NCBI GenBank assembly: GCA_965226055.1
Contig: CBDDCA010000006.1
Span: 608,001-672,000, forward strand
Direction: 5' to 3'
DNA: 64,000 bases
Source: Spirochaetia bacterium
Lineage (GTDB): Bacteria > Spirochaetota > Spirochaetia > WTKD01 > G963693115
This document shows positions 10,156 to 19,687 of the stretch, piece by piece. The notes under the pieces are model-generated. The model made no database searches. It had not been told where the DNA came from and saw nothing but the letters and a program-made list of their open reading frames with translations. Numbering within the stretch: position 1 is the stretch's first letter; the number at the start of each line of letters is the position of its first letter. The position numbers were made by a program, and so were the translations under genes.

Positions 10156-11622
10156 CTAATATCTATAAAAATCAGATTTCATCTGTTGTTTTTTTGTAAG
10201 TCCAATATATGATAATTGTTCTTTGCTTGCTTTACTGAGCATAACACCAAGATGATCAAGATGAAGCCGTGCTACTTCTTCATCAAGTATCTTAGGTAAT
10301 ACATATACCTTTTTATCTAACGATTTTCGGTGTTCCCATAAATACAGTTGAGCCATTACTTGATTTGTAAAACTCATACTCATCACAAAGCTTGAATGTC
10401 CTGTTGCACACCCTAAATTAGCAAGACGTCCTGCAGCTAACAGAATAATACTATGCCCATCCTTAAACTCATACTTATCCACTTGTGGCTTTATGGTATG
10501 CTTGATAATTGAAGAATCATCATTCAACGCTTTTACCTGTATTTCATTATCAAAATGTCCCATATTACACACTATTGCATGATCTTTCATTTTTTTCATA
10601 TGAGAAAGAGTAATTATGTCTTTATTCCCAGTTGCAGTAACATATATATCGGCTTCTTTCAATGCATGTTCTATTGGACGAACAAAAAAACCATCCATAG
10701 AAGCCTGTAACGCACAAATAGGATCAATTTCAGTAACAATAACCCTTGCTCCTTGAGACTTAAATGCACGAGCACAGCCCTTTCCTACATCGCCAAACCC
10801 ACATACAACTACACATTTCCCTGCAATCATACTATCTGTTGCTCGTTTAATTCCATCTATAACGCTTTCTTTACATCCATAGAGATTGTCAAACTTACTT
10901 TTTGTTACAGAATCATTTACATTTATTGCAGGAAAAAGTAGCTTCTTATGTGTTTCCATATGATATAAACGATTCACTCCTGTTGTCGTTTCTTCACTTA
11001 CTCCTTCTAAATGCTCTAAACATCGTGTCCAAAATGTAGCATCTTGTGTATACCGCTGTAATAATACTCTTTTCAGCTCTTTCTCATCATCACTATAAGA
11101 AGGAGTATGCACCCACTCATCCCCTTGCTCAAGAGAATATCCCTTATGAATCATAAGAGTAGCATCACCACCATCATCAACAACAAGCTGAGGTCCGTAC
11201 AAAGCTCCATTGTTGCCAGAAAATGTAAGAGCTTGTAATGTTTGTTCCCAATACTCACTTAACGTTTCTCCTTTCCAGGCAAAGACAGCACTCCCTTTTG
11301 GTTGCTGTATCGTCCCTTTCATACCTACCACAACTGCAGCTGCAGCCTCATCTTGAGTAGAAAAAATATTACAACTCGCCCAACGAACCTTTGCTCCTAA
11401 TACACTCAGTGTTTCTATAAGAACCGCAGTCTGCACTGTCATATGGAGACTCCCTGTAACGCGAATATTGTATAAAGGGCGTATAGTAGCATATTTCTTT
11501 CGAGTGTTCATAAGCCCAGGCATTTCTTTTTCTGCAGACTGTATTTCTTTGCGTCCCCAACCTGCCAACGATATATCTGCTATACAAAACTCTAATGATT
11601 GTTTCTTTGTATTTTTATCCAT
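10156..11622 (-). CDS. ahcY: S-adenosylhomocysteine hydrolase (form with the ~40-aa insertion)
   Basis: [26 protein letters not shown] and NLGCATGH motifs. Confidence 0.98.
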   Translation of the reverse strand: MDKNTKKQSLEFCIADISLAGWGRKEIQSAEKEMPGLMNTRKKYATIRPLYNIRVTGSLHMTVQTAVLIETLSVLGAKVRWASCNIFSTQDEAAAAVVVGMKGTIQQPKGSAVFAWKGETLSEYWEQTLQALTFSGNNGALYGPQLVVDDGGDATLMIHKGYSLEQGDEWVHTPSYSDDEKELKRVLLQRYTQDATFWTRCLEHLEGVSEETTTGVNRLYHMETHKKLLFPAINVNDSVTKSKFDNLYGCKESVIDGIKRATDSMIAGKCVVVCGFGDVGKGCARAFKSQGARVIVTEIDPICALQASMDGFFVRPIEHALKEADIYVTATGNKDIITLSHMKKMKDHAIVCNMGHFDNEIQVKALNDDSSIIKHTIKPQVDKYEFKDGHSIILLAAGRLANLGCATGHSSFVMSMSFTNQVMAQLYLWEHRKSLDKKVYVLPKILDEEVARLHLDHLGVMLSKASKEQLSYIGLTKKQQMKSDFYRY

Positions 11623-11830
11623 TTTTATTGCTTCTTTCTTACTATATTACTATTGATTATTATTATTGATGCTATAATCATATAAACCAAACAATATATA
11701 TTTGTATTATACATTATACCATAGTTTACTATGTATTGTACAAATGCTACCATTATATAGATACATAGTGTAGTAAATCACAGTAACTAGACATTAAATA
11801 ACATACTTCCTATACTTACAATAGGATACC

Positions 11831-12664
11831 ATGCATCACTCATATGTCACACACCCAATTACTATAGTAACTGCGTATTACAGGCTAAAAACAAAAAAGC
11901 ACACACACAACGAATACAAAAAATACATGAAATATTTTCTCTCAAACATCTCTGTTCCACTTATTATATTTACAGAAAAAAAATGCCTCAATGATATTAT
12001 ATCTATGAGAAAAAATTTTATGCATATTACCATTATTATTGTAAAAGACTTTACTCTCTTAAATGAATATTCACGATATGAAATGTGGAAACAAGAGCGT
12101 AGTAAAGATCCAGAAAAAAAAATACATACTCCTGCTCTTTATATTATTTGGAACGAAAAGCTACACTTTATAAAAGAAGCACATACACTTAATCCCTTTC
12201 AATCAGAATGCTTTATATGGATGGATATAGGGGCATTTCGTAATGAACACAAAAATCAAGATCTCACTCTATCAGAAATACGTCAGTGGCCATCACTACA
12301 AAGAATACATACACTGCCGAAAAACAAGATGATAATAACAAAAACAGAGCCTGCATTTGATATTTCCCACTATGCTGCCAGTAAAAACAATCTTGCAACA
12401 TTACAATTAAAAACCCATAATCATGTAGGGGCTATATTTATCATTCCTGCATCAATTATTCCTACAATCCATACTATATATTACCAGCTTGTCAACGAAC
12501 GACAAAAACATGGGCTATTTGTTGGAAAAGAACAAAATACATATGCGTGTATGTCCATTGGTTACCCTCAATATATACATCTGTTGCATCCACCAAAAGA
12601 TATATTTCCTTGGTATTATATGCACCATTACCTAAGCGATACACGTGATATAGCAGACAGATAG
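11831..12664 (+). CDS. HtrL/YibB (WlaTC)-like glycosyltransferase
   Basis: TIVTAYY, IWNEKLHFI, NPFQSECFIWMDIG and VGKEQ motifs. Confidence 0.7.
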   Translation: MHHSYVTHPITIVTAYYRLKTKKHTHNEYKKYMKYFLSNISVPLIIFTEKKCLNDIISMRKNFMHITIIIVKDFTLLNEYSRYEMWKQERSKDPEKKIHTPALYIIWNEKLHFIKEAHTLNPFQSECFIWMDIGAFRNEHKNQDLTLSEIRQWPSLQRIHTLPKNKMIITKTEPAFDISHYAASKNNLATLQLKTHNHVGAIFIIPASIIPTIHTIYYQLVNERQKHGLFVGKEQNTYACMSIGYPQYIHLLHPPKDIFPWYYMHHYLSDTRDIADR

Positions 12665-12739
12665 GAATTGAAATTTCAATTAAATAGCTCTATAAAAAAA
12701 TAAGTAACATGTTATTATAAATATAGTGGGATATTAGAA

Positions 12740-13768
12740 ATGAAAATTGAAGCTATTGACTTATTTTGTGGTATTGGAGGACTCTCATATGGTTTAAAAA
12801 AGGCAGGAATAGATATAATTGCTGGTCTTGATAACGATGAATCTTGTAAAAAAGCCTATGAAAAAAATAATAAAGCTCAATTTATACATGCTGATATAGC
12901 AGATTATAATCCAAAAAAACTAAAAGCTCTTTATTCAAAACATAGTACCCAAGTACTAGTTGGGTGTGCACCTTGTCAACCATTTTCTACAATGACAAAA
13001 AAACAAAAAAAAGATAATAGATGGAATTTAGTAAAATATTTTACAGAAGCAGTCAAGTGCATAAAACCCCATGTAGTATCTATGGAAAATGTAGTTGGCT
13101 TTACCAAGACTGATGTCTTTGCCACTTTTATCAAAGCATTAGAAGAACAAGGATATCTCATCCGCTATAAAATCGTATTTTGTCCTAACTTTGGTATATC
13201 ACAAAAAAGGAAAAGGTTGGTATTACTTGCTTCGAAACTAAACCCTATTTCTCTCCCTAACCCAACACATGATAAAAATAACTATATCACTCTAAAGGAT
13301 GTAATAAAAAAACTTCCTGCTCTTAATCCAGGTGAAACTCATGCAAAAGATACACTGCACCATGCTTCCTCACTATCAGAAATAAACATAAAAAGATTAC
13401 AGCAATCTAGTCCTAATGGAACATGGGATGATTGGGATACCGCATTACTACCTCAATGCTATAAAAATGTAACTAATAAAAATTTTTATAAAAATGTATA
13501 TGGAAGAATGAGCTGGGATGATATGGCCCCCACCCTTACTACACAATTTATAAGATTAAGTTCAGGTCGTTTTGGTCATCCTGAACAAAATAGAGCCTTA
13601 TCTTTAAGAGAGGGTGCACTTATACAAACATTTCCTAAAGATTACTATTTTGATACATCCATCTCCAACACATCTATAGCAAGGCATATTGGTAATGCTG
13701 TGCCTCCAAAACTAGGCGAAGCAATAGGCAAAGCAATAAAAAAACATCTAAGAGGAATGCATGAGTAA
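12740..13768 (+). CDS. dcm: DNA (cytosine-5)-methyltransferase
   Basis: Motif I DLFCGIGG, motif IV GCAPCQPFS, motif VI ENV, QKRKR, motif X IGNAVPP. Confidence 0.96.
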   Translation: MKIEAIDLFCGIGGLSYGLKKAGIDIIAGLDNDESCKKAYEKNNKAQFIHADIADYNPKKLKALYSKHSTQVLVGCAPCQPFSTMTKKQKKDNRWNLVKYFTEAVKCIKPHVVSMENVVGFTKTDVFATFIKALEEQGYLIRYKIVFCPNFGISQKRKRLVLLASKLNPISLPNPTHDKNNYITLKDVIKKLPALNPGETHAKDTLHHASSLSEINIKRLQQSSPNGTWDDWDTALLPQCYKNVTNKNFYKNVYGRMSWDDMAPTLTTQFIRLSSGRFGHPEQNRALSLREGALIQTFPKDYYFDTSISNTSIARHIGNAVPPKLGEAIGKAIKKHLRGMHE

Positions 13769-15716
13769 AGAAAAATATACTTTAGAAGTATCGTTATATA
13801 CTATTGAACATTTAGGTATTAACCTATATAGCTCCACTCCTGCCGTATTATCAGAAGTAATAGCAAATGCCTATGATGCAGATGCTACTACAGTCAATAT
13901 TCTAAAAGAATCAAATACCATTACTATCACAGATAATGGCATTGGTATGAATGATACCGATATTAATGAGAAATACCTTACAGTAGGGTATAAGAGACGA
14001 GAAATAGAAGATACTGCAACTAGCCCTAAAGGAAGAAAGGTAATGGGAAGAAAAGGAGTAGGAAAACTATCGCTCTTTGCAATAGCACATACTATAACAA
14101 TTATTACAAAAAAAACAAAAGAGAAACCTTTAGGATTTGTACTAAAATTAGAGGATATACAAAAATGTGCAAAAAATAAAGCATCATACCACCCAAAAGA
14201 ATTATCTATTGATGAAATAAGCAGTTACTTAGACAACATTAAAGATAGTGGTACTATTATTATACTCAATAATCTGCAAAAAAAGAGAACTATAGACAAA
14301 CAAATAAAACAATCTATAGCAAGGAGATTTGCATGTATAGAAGAGGATTTTGCTATTACATACAATAAGGAAGACATTACTTATGAAGACAGAAATTACT
14401 TTAAGGAATTAGAATTTTATTGGATCATAAATGAACAAGAGATACCTAAAGGCATTAGACAACAAATTCCTCAAAAAACATTCAACAGCACAGATGAAAA
14501 AATTCATTGGTCAGGATGGATAGGCTCTTTTAAAAAACATAATAGAGATGATAATAAAATAGCGTTAATAGTACGTAAAAAAATAGCAATAGAAAATATA
14601 CTAGATTTCCTTGATATAAATTATATAGGAGCAGACTACTTAATAGGTGAAATATATGCTGATTATCTTGACGATGATGTTGATTATGATAGAGCAACCA
14701 CTAGCAGACAAGGAATTATCGAAGATGATGAAAATTTTAAGGAAATAAAAGAGCAATTAAAAAAAATTGTGACTAATATTACAACAGAATGGGTATCTCA
14801 AAGAAGAAAAAAGGGAGCAGAAAATATATTCTCTTTATTACCTCCAGTAAAAGAATGGCATGAAAATCTTAAAAGCAAAGATCAAACATATGCAAAAAAG
14901 CTGCTAGGAATAATTCATACTTTTAGAATAAACGATGAAGAAAAAAAAGATTTGGTAAAATCAGTAGTATTAGCTGTTGAAAAAAATAAAATTTTAAATA
15001 TTTTAGATAATGTATGGGATAATTTTGATACTCTTACACCAGAAAAAATACAGGCTATAGGTGGCATGTTCACTCAACACAACGAATGGGAAGCTGCAAC
15101 ATACTATGAAATTACACAAGAAAGATTAAAAATAATAGATAAACTAAAAGACATAACAAATGATAATGAACTAGAAAAAGTAATACAAACCCTTATATTT
15201 GAAAATTTATGGTTATTAGATCCAGGATGGGAAAGACCTACCGAAAACGAAGAAATGGAACAAGCATTAGAAAAAAATGAAAGTTTTTTATTAACAGACG
15301 AAGAAATGAAAGGGCGTATAGATATTAAATATAAAGTATCTGGAGCAGAACATGTAATCGTAGAATTAAAAAGACCAAATATATCATATAATCATTATGA
15401 AATATTAAAGCAAATTGATAAATATCGTCATAATATAAAAGAACAGTTACATATTCGCAAAAAAGACAATGAATCCATTAAAACAGTGGTATTAATTGGC
15501 GATAAAGCATACAGCAAACATACAGAAAAGAAAGAATATATAAAAGATATGAAGGAAAGAAAAACAATAGTCCAATCATATTCATTTATTATCAACAACT
15601 CAAGGGAAAGATACAAAGAATATCTCAACAGCAAAAAATATAAAGTAACGCCTATTATAGAACTTATAGAAAAAATAGAAAGCTGTGATATATCACCAAA
15701 AGCATCCAAAAAATAA
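13761..15716 (+). CDS. GHKL (MORC-like) ATPase fused to a C-terminal PD-(D/E)XK nuclease; probable restriction endonuclease of HgiDII/BbrUII-like architecture
   Basis: EVIANAYDADA, DNGIGM and GRKGVGKLS Bergerat-fold motifs; C-terminal ID...VELKRP...QIDKY; overlaps the methyltransferase stop codon. Confidence 0.8.
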   Translation: MSKEKYTLEVSLYTIEHLGINLYSSTPAVLSEVIANAYDADATTVNILKESNTITITDNGIGMNDTDINEKYLTVGYKRREIEDTATSPKGRKVMGRKGVGKLSLFAIAHTITIITKKTKEKPLGFVLKLEDIQKCAKNKASYHPKELSIDEISSYLDNIKDSGTIIILNNLQKKRTIDKQIKQSIARRFACIEEDFAITYNKEDITYEDRNYFKELEFYWIINEQEIPKGIRQQIPQKTFNSTDEKIHWSGWIGSFKKHNRDDNKIALIVRKKIAIENILDFLDINYIGADYLIGEIYADYLDDDVDYDRATTSRQGIIEDDENFKEIKEQLKKIVTNITTEWVSQRRKKGAENIFSLLPPVKEWHENLKSKDQTYAKKLLGIIHTFRINDEEKKDLVKSVVLAVEKNKILNILDNVWDNFDTLTPEKIQAIGGMFTQHNEWEAATYYEITQERLKIIDKLKDITNDNELEKVIQTLIFENLWLLDPGWERPTENEEMEQALEKNESFLLTDEEMKGRIDIKYKVSGAEHVIVELKRPNISYNHYEILKQIDKYRHNIKEQLHIRKKDNESIKTVVLIGDKAYSKHTEKKEYIKDMKERKTIVQSYSFIINNSRERYKEYLNSKKYKVTPIIELIEKIESCDISPKASKK

Positions 15717-15773
15717 AAACTAAACTGTAGATTCATAAAACATCCATCTCTATTTTTTAGTATACTGATAGAT

Positions 15774-16745
15774 ATGAAAAGTGCTATAGCAGTTATTGGA
15801 TACCAACGAATAGATCATCTTGCTGAAACACTTCGCTGTTTATCATATAACTACGATGTACAAAAATGTCCTCTCTATATTTTCATAGATGGACCAAAAG
15901 ATACCGCTAAAACATCTCAAGCATATAAAACACATAAAGCTATTTGCTCTTTTGCTCGATCTTTTCAGTGGGGTACAAAAAAAAACATCATAGCATCCGA
16001 TTTTAACAGAGGACTTCGTAAAGCAGTGTGTTATTCTATAGACACTGTTCTAAGCGATTATCAATCTGTTATAATAGTTGAAGATGATATTGTATGCTCC
16101 CCCTACTTTTATCGATATATGAAGCATATGCTCACACAATACCATGACGATAATAGACTAGGGGCTGTGTGTGGACATTGTTATCATTACAACAGAAACG
16201 AATTTAACCCTCACGAACCTTATTTTCTAAACCATTTTGCCTGTTGGGGATGGGGAACATGGCGCAGAGCATGGGAACAAACAGAGTGGAGTACTGATGT
16301 ACTTGTAAACAATATTAAACATATTCAGGTGAGAAAAAAACTTGATATTGGACTAGGGGCTGCAGTATCAGGGCATCTCTATGCTCAACATCATGGCTAC
16401 ACAGATTCTTGGGATGCTATTTTTGGAGTCAATCTTTTCTTACATAATCAACTATGTGTATACCCCACACAATCTCTCACTACTAATATTGGATGGCGAG
16501 GAGAAGGAAGCACCCATGTATCTATGGAATATGATCCCAACGCACCTATGGCATTTTATGAAATACCTATACCAAAACATCTTGAAGTACAAGAAAGCCA
16601 ACATGCAAGAAAAGCATATGCAAATTATTTTTATCCAAATAAGCTAAAAATGTATGCTGGATTCTTAAAACGAACACTAGAATATTATGCACGAAAAATA
16701 TTGAATCGCCCCGTAAAACCAGGAAAATACAAACAAGCAATATAA
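15774..16745 (+). CDS. GT-A fold glycosyltransferase (GT2-like sugar transferase)
   Basis: IFIDGPK, NRGL, IIVEDD, CWGWGTWRRAW and TNIG motifs. Confidence 0.8.
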   Translation: MKSAIAVIGYQRIDHLAETLRCLSYNYDVQKCPLYIFIDGPKDTAKTSQAYKTHKAICSFARSFQWGTKKNIIASDFNRGLRKAVCYSIDTVLSDYQSVIIVEDDIVCSPYFYRYMKHMLTQYHDDNRLGAVCGHCYHYNRNEFNPHEPYFLNHFACWGWGTWRRAWEQTEWSTDVLVNNIKHIQVRKKLDIGLGAAVSGHLYAQHHGYTDSWDAIFGVNLFLHNQLCVYPTQSLTTNIGWRGEGSTHVSMEYDPNAPMAFYEIPIPKHLEVQESQHARKAYANYFYPNKLKMYAGFLKRTLEYYARKILNRPVKPGKYKQAI

Positions 16746-16776
16746 TGACACTCTCACCAATGCCGCTACTACACAA

Positions 16777-18297
16777 TCACTTTCCAACACAGAAATGAGA
16801 AAAAACAGTATCTAGTACATCTTCACTTGTTACTTCCCCTGTGATACTTCCTAATGCTTTCATTGCCATATCCAAATCTAAACTTATCATATCCAATGGT
16901 ATATTATCCTTAAGTCCCGATAGTACTTGCTGTAAAGACTCTTTACTTTCCTCTAATGCTATCTTTTGACGCAAAGAAGAAAGAGGTGGTACATCATTTT
17001 GAGGAAGTACTACACCAGAGGTAAAGCTCTTATAAAGAGCTTTTTGCACTCCCGAAATAGTATTGTATTGCTTTGTGCTTACAGACACAATATCAGCATA
17101 TACCTTACTATGCTGTAAAATATGTAAAGGCACTGAGGTAATTGCATGTGCATCTTTATCATGTGGACATATATCAATTTTATTTTTGACAAGAATCAAT
17201 ATTGCTTCTGGTTGAGACAAATCAACCATAGCAGCGTTTACACTGTATCCTAAATGCTCCAATAATTCTGTATCATATGCAGTCCACCCTTCATTACCAT
17301 CATATACATACACAATAACATGTGCATGCATTAAAAGCTCTTTACTTCGCCGTATTCCCTCTTGCTCTACTGTAACTTCAGAAGATACAGTATCATGATT
17401 CATATCACACATCACAATTTCTCTTATCCCAGCTGTATCGTATAATGTAAGAAACATATCGTTTAGCATAAGCTCATGCTCTAAAAAATCTCTTGTTGTT
17501 CCATGCACATCACTGACAATGGCTCTCTCTTGCTTTAGTAAAGCATTAAAGAGAGAGCTTTTACCAGCATTTGTTCTTCCTGCTAACACCACACGAAAAT
17601 TTATTTTCTTTAGCTGTGCAAAATCATATCCTTGCAGCACCTCATCAATCATAGTGATAGCTTGTACTATATCTTCTGTATTTATATCAACAGATTCTTG
17701 TACTTCATCTTCAGGGTAATCAAGGGTTACACTACAAGTAGCAACAAGATGTAACAATTTTTTCTTAATGGTATCAATATAAGAAAAAATTGATCCTCCT
17801 AGCTTTTCTAAGGCTTCAATATGATTACTTTCATTTTGTGCTTGTATAACTTCATGTATTGCCTCAGCCTGAGTAAGATCTAATTTTCCGTTCAAAAAAG
17901 CTCTCTTTGTAAATTCTCCTGGCGAAGCTTGCTCAAACCCCTGTTTATGAAGGGCATGACATAGACGTTGAATGCCAGCAAGACTCCCATGAATACAAAT
18001 ATCAGCCCCCTCTTGCCCTGTGTACGAACGAGGAGCATAATACGGGGTTATCATAGCAGTATCAAGCGGTATATATTCTATGCTTCCATCAATATGTACT
18101 TTTGTATCCACTAATTCATAAGGAGCACTCATATTTGCCTTTGAAGACAAAAGGCACGCTGCATTTTTACACAATTTCGATAATAACTGTATACTATGGA
18201 CGCCTGTCACTCGAATTATTGCAAGAGCACTTGTAGCATAAGGGCTTGCTAAGGCATATACTGGGTATTCTGATACAATATCATCACTGCTATTCAT
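16777..18297 (-). CDS. mnmE: tRNA modification GTPase MnmE
   Basis: PGEFTKRAFLNGKLDLTQAE, GRTNAGKSS, GTTRD and C-terminal FCVGK. Confidence 0.97.
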   Translation of the reverse strand: MNSSDDIVSEYPVYALASPYATSALAIIRVTGVHSIQLLSKLCKNAACLLSSKANMSAPYELVDTKVHIDGSIEYIPLDTAMITPYYAPRSYTGQEGADICIHGSLAGIQRLCHALHKQGFEQASPGEFTKRAFLNGKLDLTQAEAIHEVIQAQNESNHIEALEKLGGSIFSYIDTIKKKLLHLVATCSVTLDYPEDEVQESVDINTEDIVQAITMIDEVLQGYDFAQLKKINFRVVLAGRTNAGKSSLFNALLKQERAIVSDVHGTTRDFLEHELMLNDMFLTLYDTAGIREIVMCDMNHDTVSSEVTVEQEGIRRSKELLMHAHVIVYVYDGNEGWTAYDTELLEHLGYSVNAAMVDLSQPEAILILVKNKIDICPHDKDAHAITSVPLHILQHSKVYADIVSVSTKQYNTISGVQKALYKSFTSGVVLPQNDVPPLSSLRQKIALEESKESLQQVLSGLKDNIPLDMISLDLDMAMKALGSITGEVTSEDVLDTVFSHFCVGK

Positions 18298-18339
18298 TAT
18301 TGTAGTGGTATATTGGCATGGAGTATATTGCTACTACAC

Positions 18340-19542
18340 TCATATATTATTTATATCCATTCCTTGAATATCACTATCTTCAGGAAGAGTATTTTGAGAA
18401 ACTCCCATATCCTGTATTCTACGCAGTTGAGGTAGTACCCTCCGTTGAAAAGAAGAAGTCGCATTATTATAACTTGCAACCGTATTTTTTAGCTGATTCC
18501 CAATTTTTGTATAGTGATCAAAAAATACAGAAAATCTTTGAAATAACTCTTGGCTCGCTTGAGATATTTCTTGAGCATTTTTCGTAAGTTCAATCTGCAT
18601 CCACCCATAAGAGATAACCTTCAATAGTGCATATAATGACGATGGACCAACAACTATCACCTTATGCTGTAAGGCCTTATCCAATAAATCAGGGTATAAA
18701 GAAAAAGAAGCCTCTAGCCCTGATTCATAAGGGACAAACATGATCACTAATTGCGGTGTATGAGGAAACTGTCCCCAGTACTCTTTTTTACTTAAATCAA
18801 TAATATGTTTTTGTAATGATTTTTTATGTTTATCAAGTGCCAGCTTCTTCTCTTCTTCTGTCTTTGCTTGACATGCATCAAGATATGCACTCATAGGAGT
18901 TTTTGCATCCACAGGAATAATACCTTCTTTCGGTAATTTTATAATCATATCAGGGCGAACACCATCACTTGTGTGTGCCTGCTCGGCAAAATCTATATAT
19001 TCTACCATACCAGATATTTCAGCAATTCTACGTAACTGTAATTCTCCCCAGCTCCCTCGTGTTTTTATATCAGAGCGTAACGCTTGATTCAAAGCAAGAG
19101 TGCTATTTGATAAAAATTTATTTGTATCTTGTAAATGCACAATATCTTTACTTAAATTCTGTATAACCACATCTAAAGACTTAAAAGCTCCCTCTCGCTG
19201 TTTTTCAATGCTTGCAATACTTGCATCTAAACGTTGCATATCTTTTAATAATGGAGAAACAATGCCCGATAACTGTTCTTTTGTTTGTGATAGATACATC
19301 TGAGAATTATTTTGCATTGCACGAACAGAAATATTTTCTATAATATTTTTAAGTCGCTCCTCATTCTGCTGTTCTTGCTGCCTTATTTGTTGTAAGGCCT
19401 GTAACTGTGCATCAAGGTTGATAACATGCTGTTTTTCATTCGTAAGGCGTTTAGAGTACCATGTCATAGTTATAAGCCATACAAAAAAAGCTGTTATCCC
19501 TATTGTTCCTACAATAACAAAAATAAATAAAGAACTTTCCAT
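18340..19542 (-). CDS. rmuC: DNA recombination protein RmuC
   Basis: N-terminal TM plus coiled coil; RGSWGELQL, RPDMII, VDAK and MFVP motifs. Confidence 0.93.
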   Translation of the reverse strand: MESSLFIFVIVGTIGITAFFVWLITMTWYSKRLTNEKQHVINLDAQLQALQQIRQQEQQNEERLKNIIENISVRAMQNNSQMYLSQTKEQLSGIVSPLLKDMQRLDASIASIEKQREGAFKSLDVVIQNLSKDIVHLQDTNKFLSNSTLALNQALRSDIKTRGSWGELQLRRIAEISGMVEYIDFAEQAHTSDGVRPDMIIKLPKEGIIPVDAKTPMSAYLDACQAKTEEEKKLALDKHKKSLQKHIIDLSKKEYWGQFPHTPQLVIMFVPYESGLEASFSLYPDLLDKALQHKVIVVGPSSLYALLKVISYGWMQIELTKNAQEISQASQELFQRFSVFFDHYTKIGNQLKNTVASYNNATSSFQRRVLPQLRRIQDMGVSQNTLPEDSDIQGMDINNI

Positions 19543-19644
19543 ATATTATAGTATACTCATAGTAAGCCTTTAAAGTCAGAAAAAACAGAAATTATATACA
19601 GTTTTTACTCTCTGTAATAATGCTATGTATAGGAAACTATTTAC

Positions 19645-19678
19645 AAAAAAAGAGAGTATCTCCCTACTCTCTTTTTTT
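19645..19678. terminator. Intrinsic terminator downstream of the large lipoprotein gene
   Basis: Perfect hairpin A7-GAGAGTA-tctccc-TACTCTC-T7. Confidence 0.8.
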
Positions 19679-19687
19679 ACGCTTTTT

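Noticed and set aside
11623-11830. SAM or SAH riboswitch upstream of ahcY-metK-metF
   Set aside because: Region is low-complexity AT-rich sequence with none of the conserved aptamer cores
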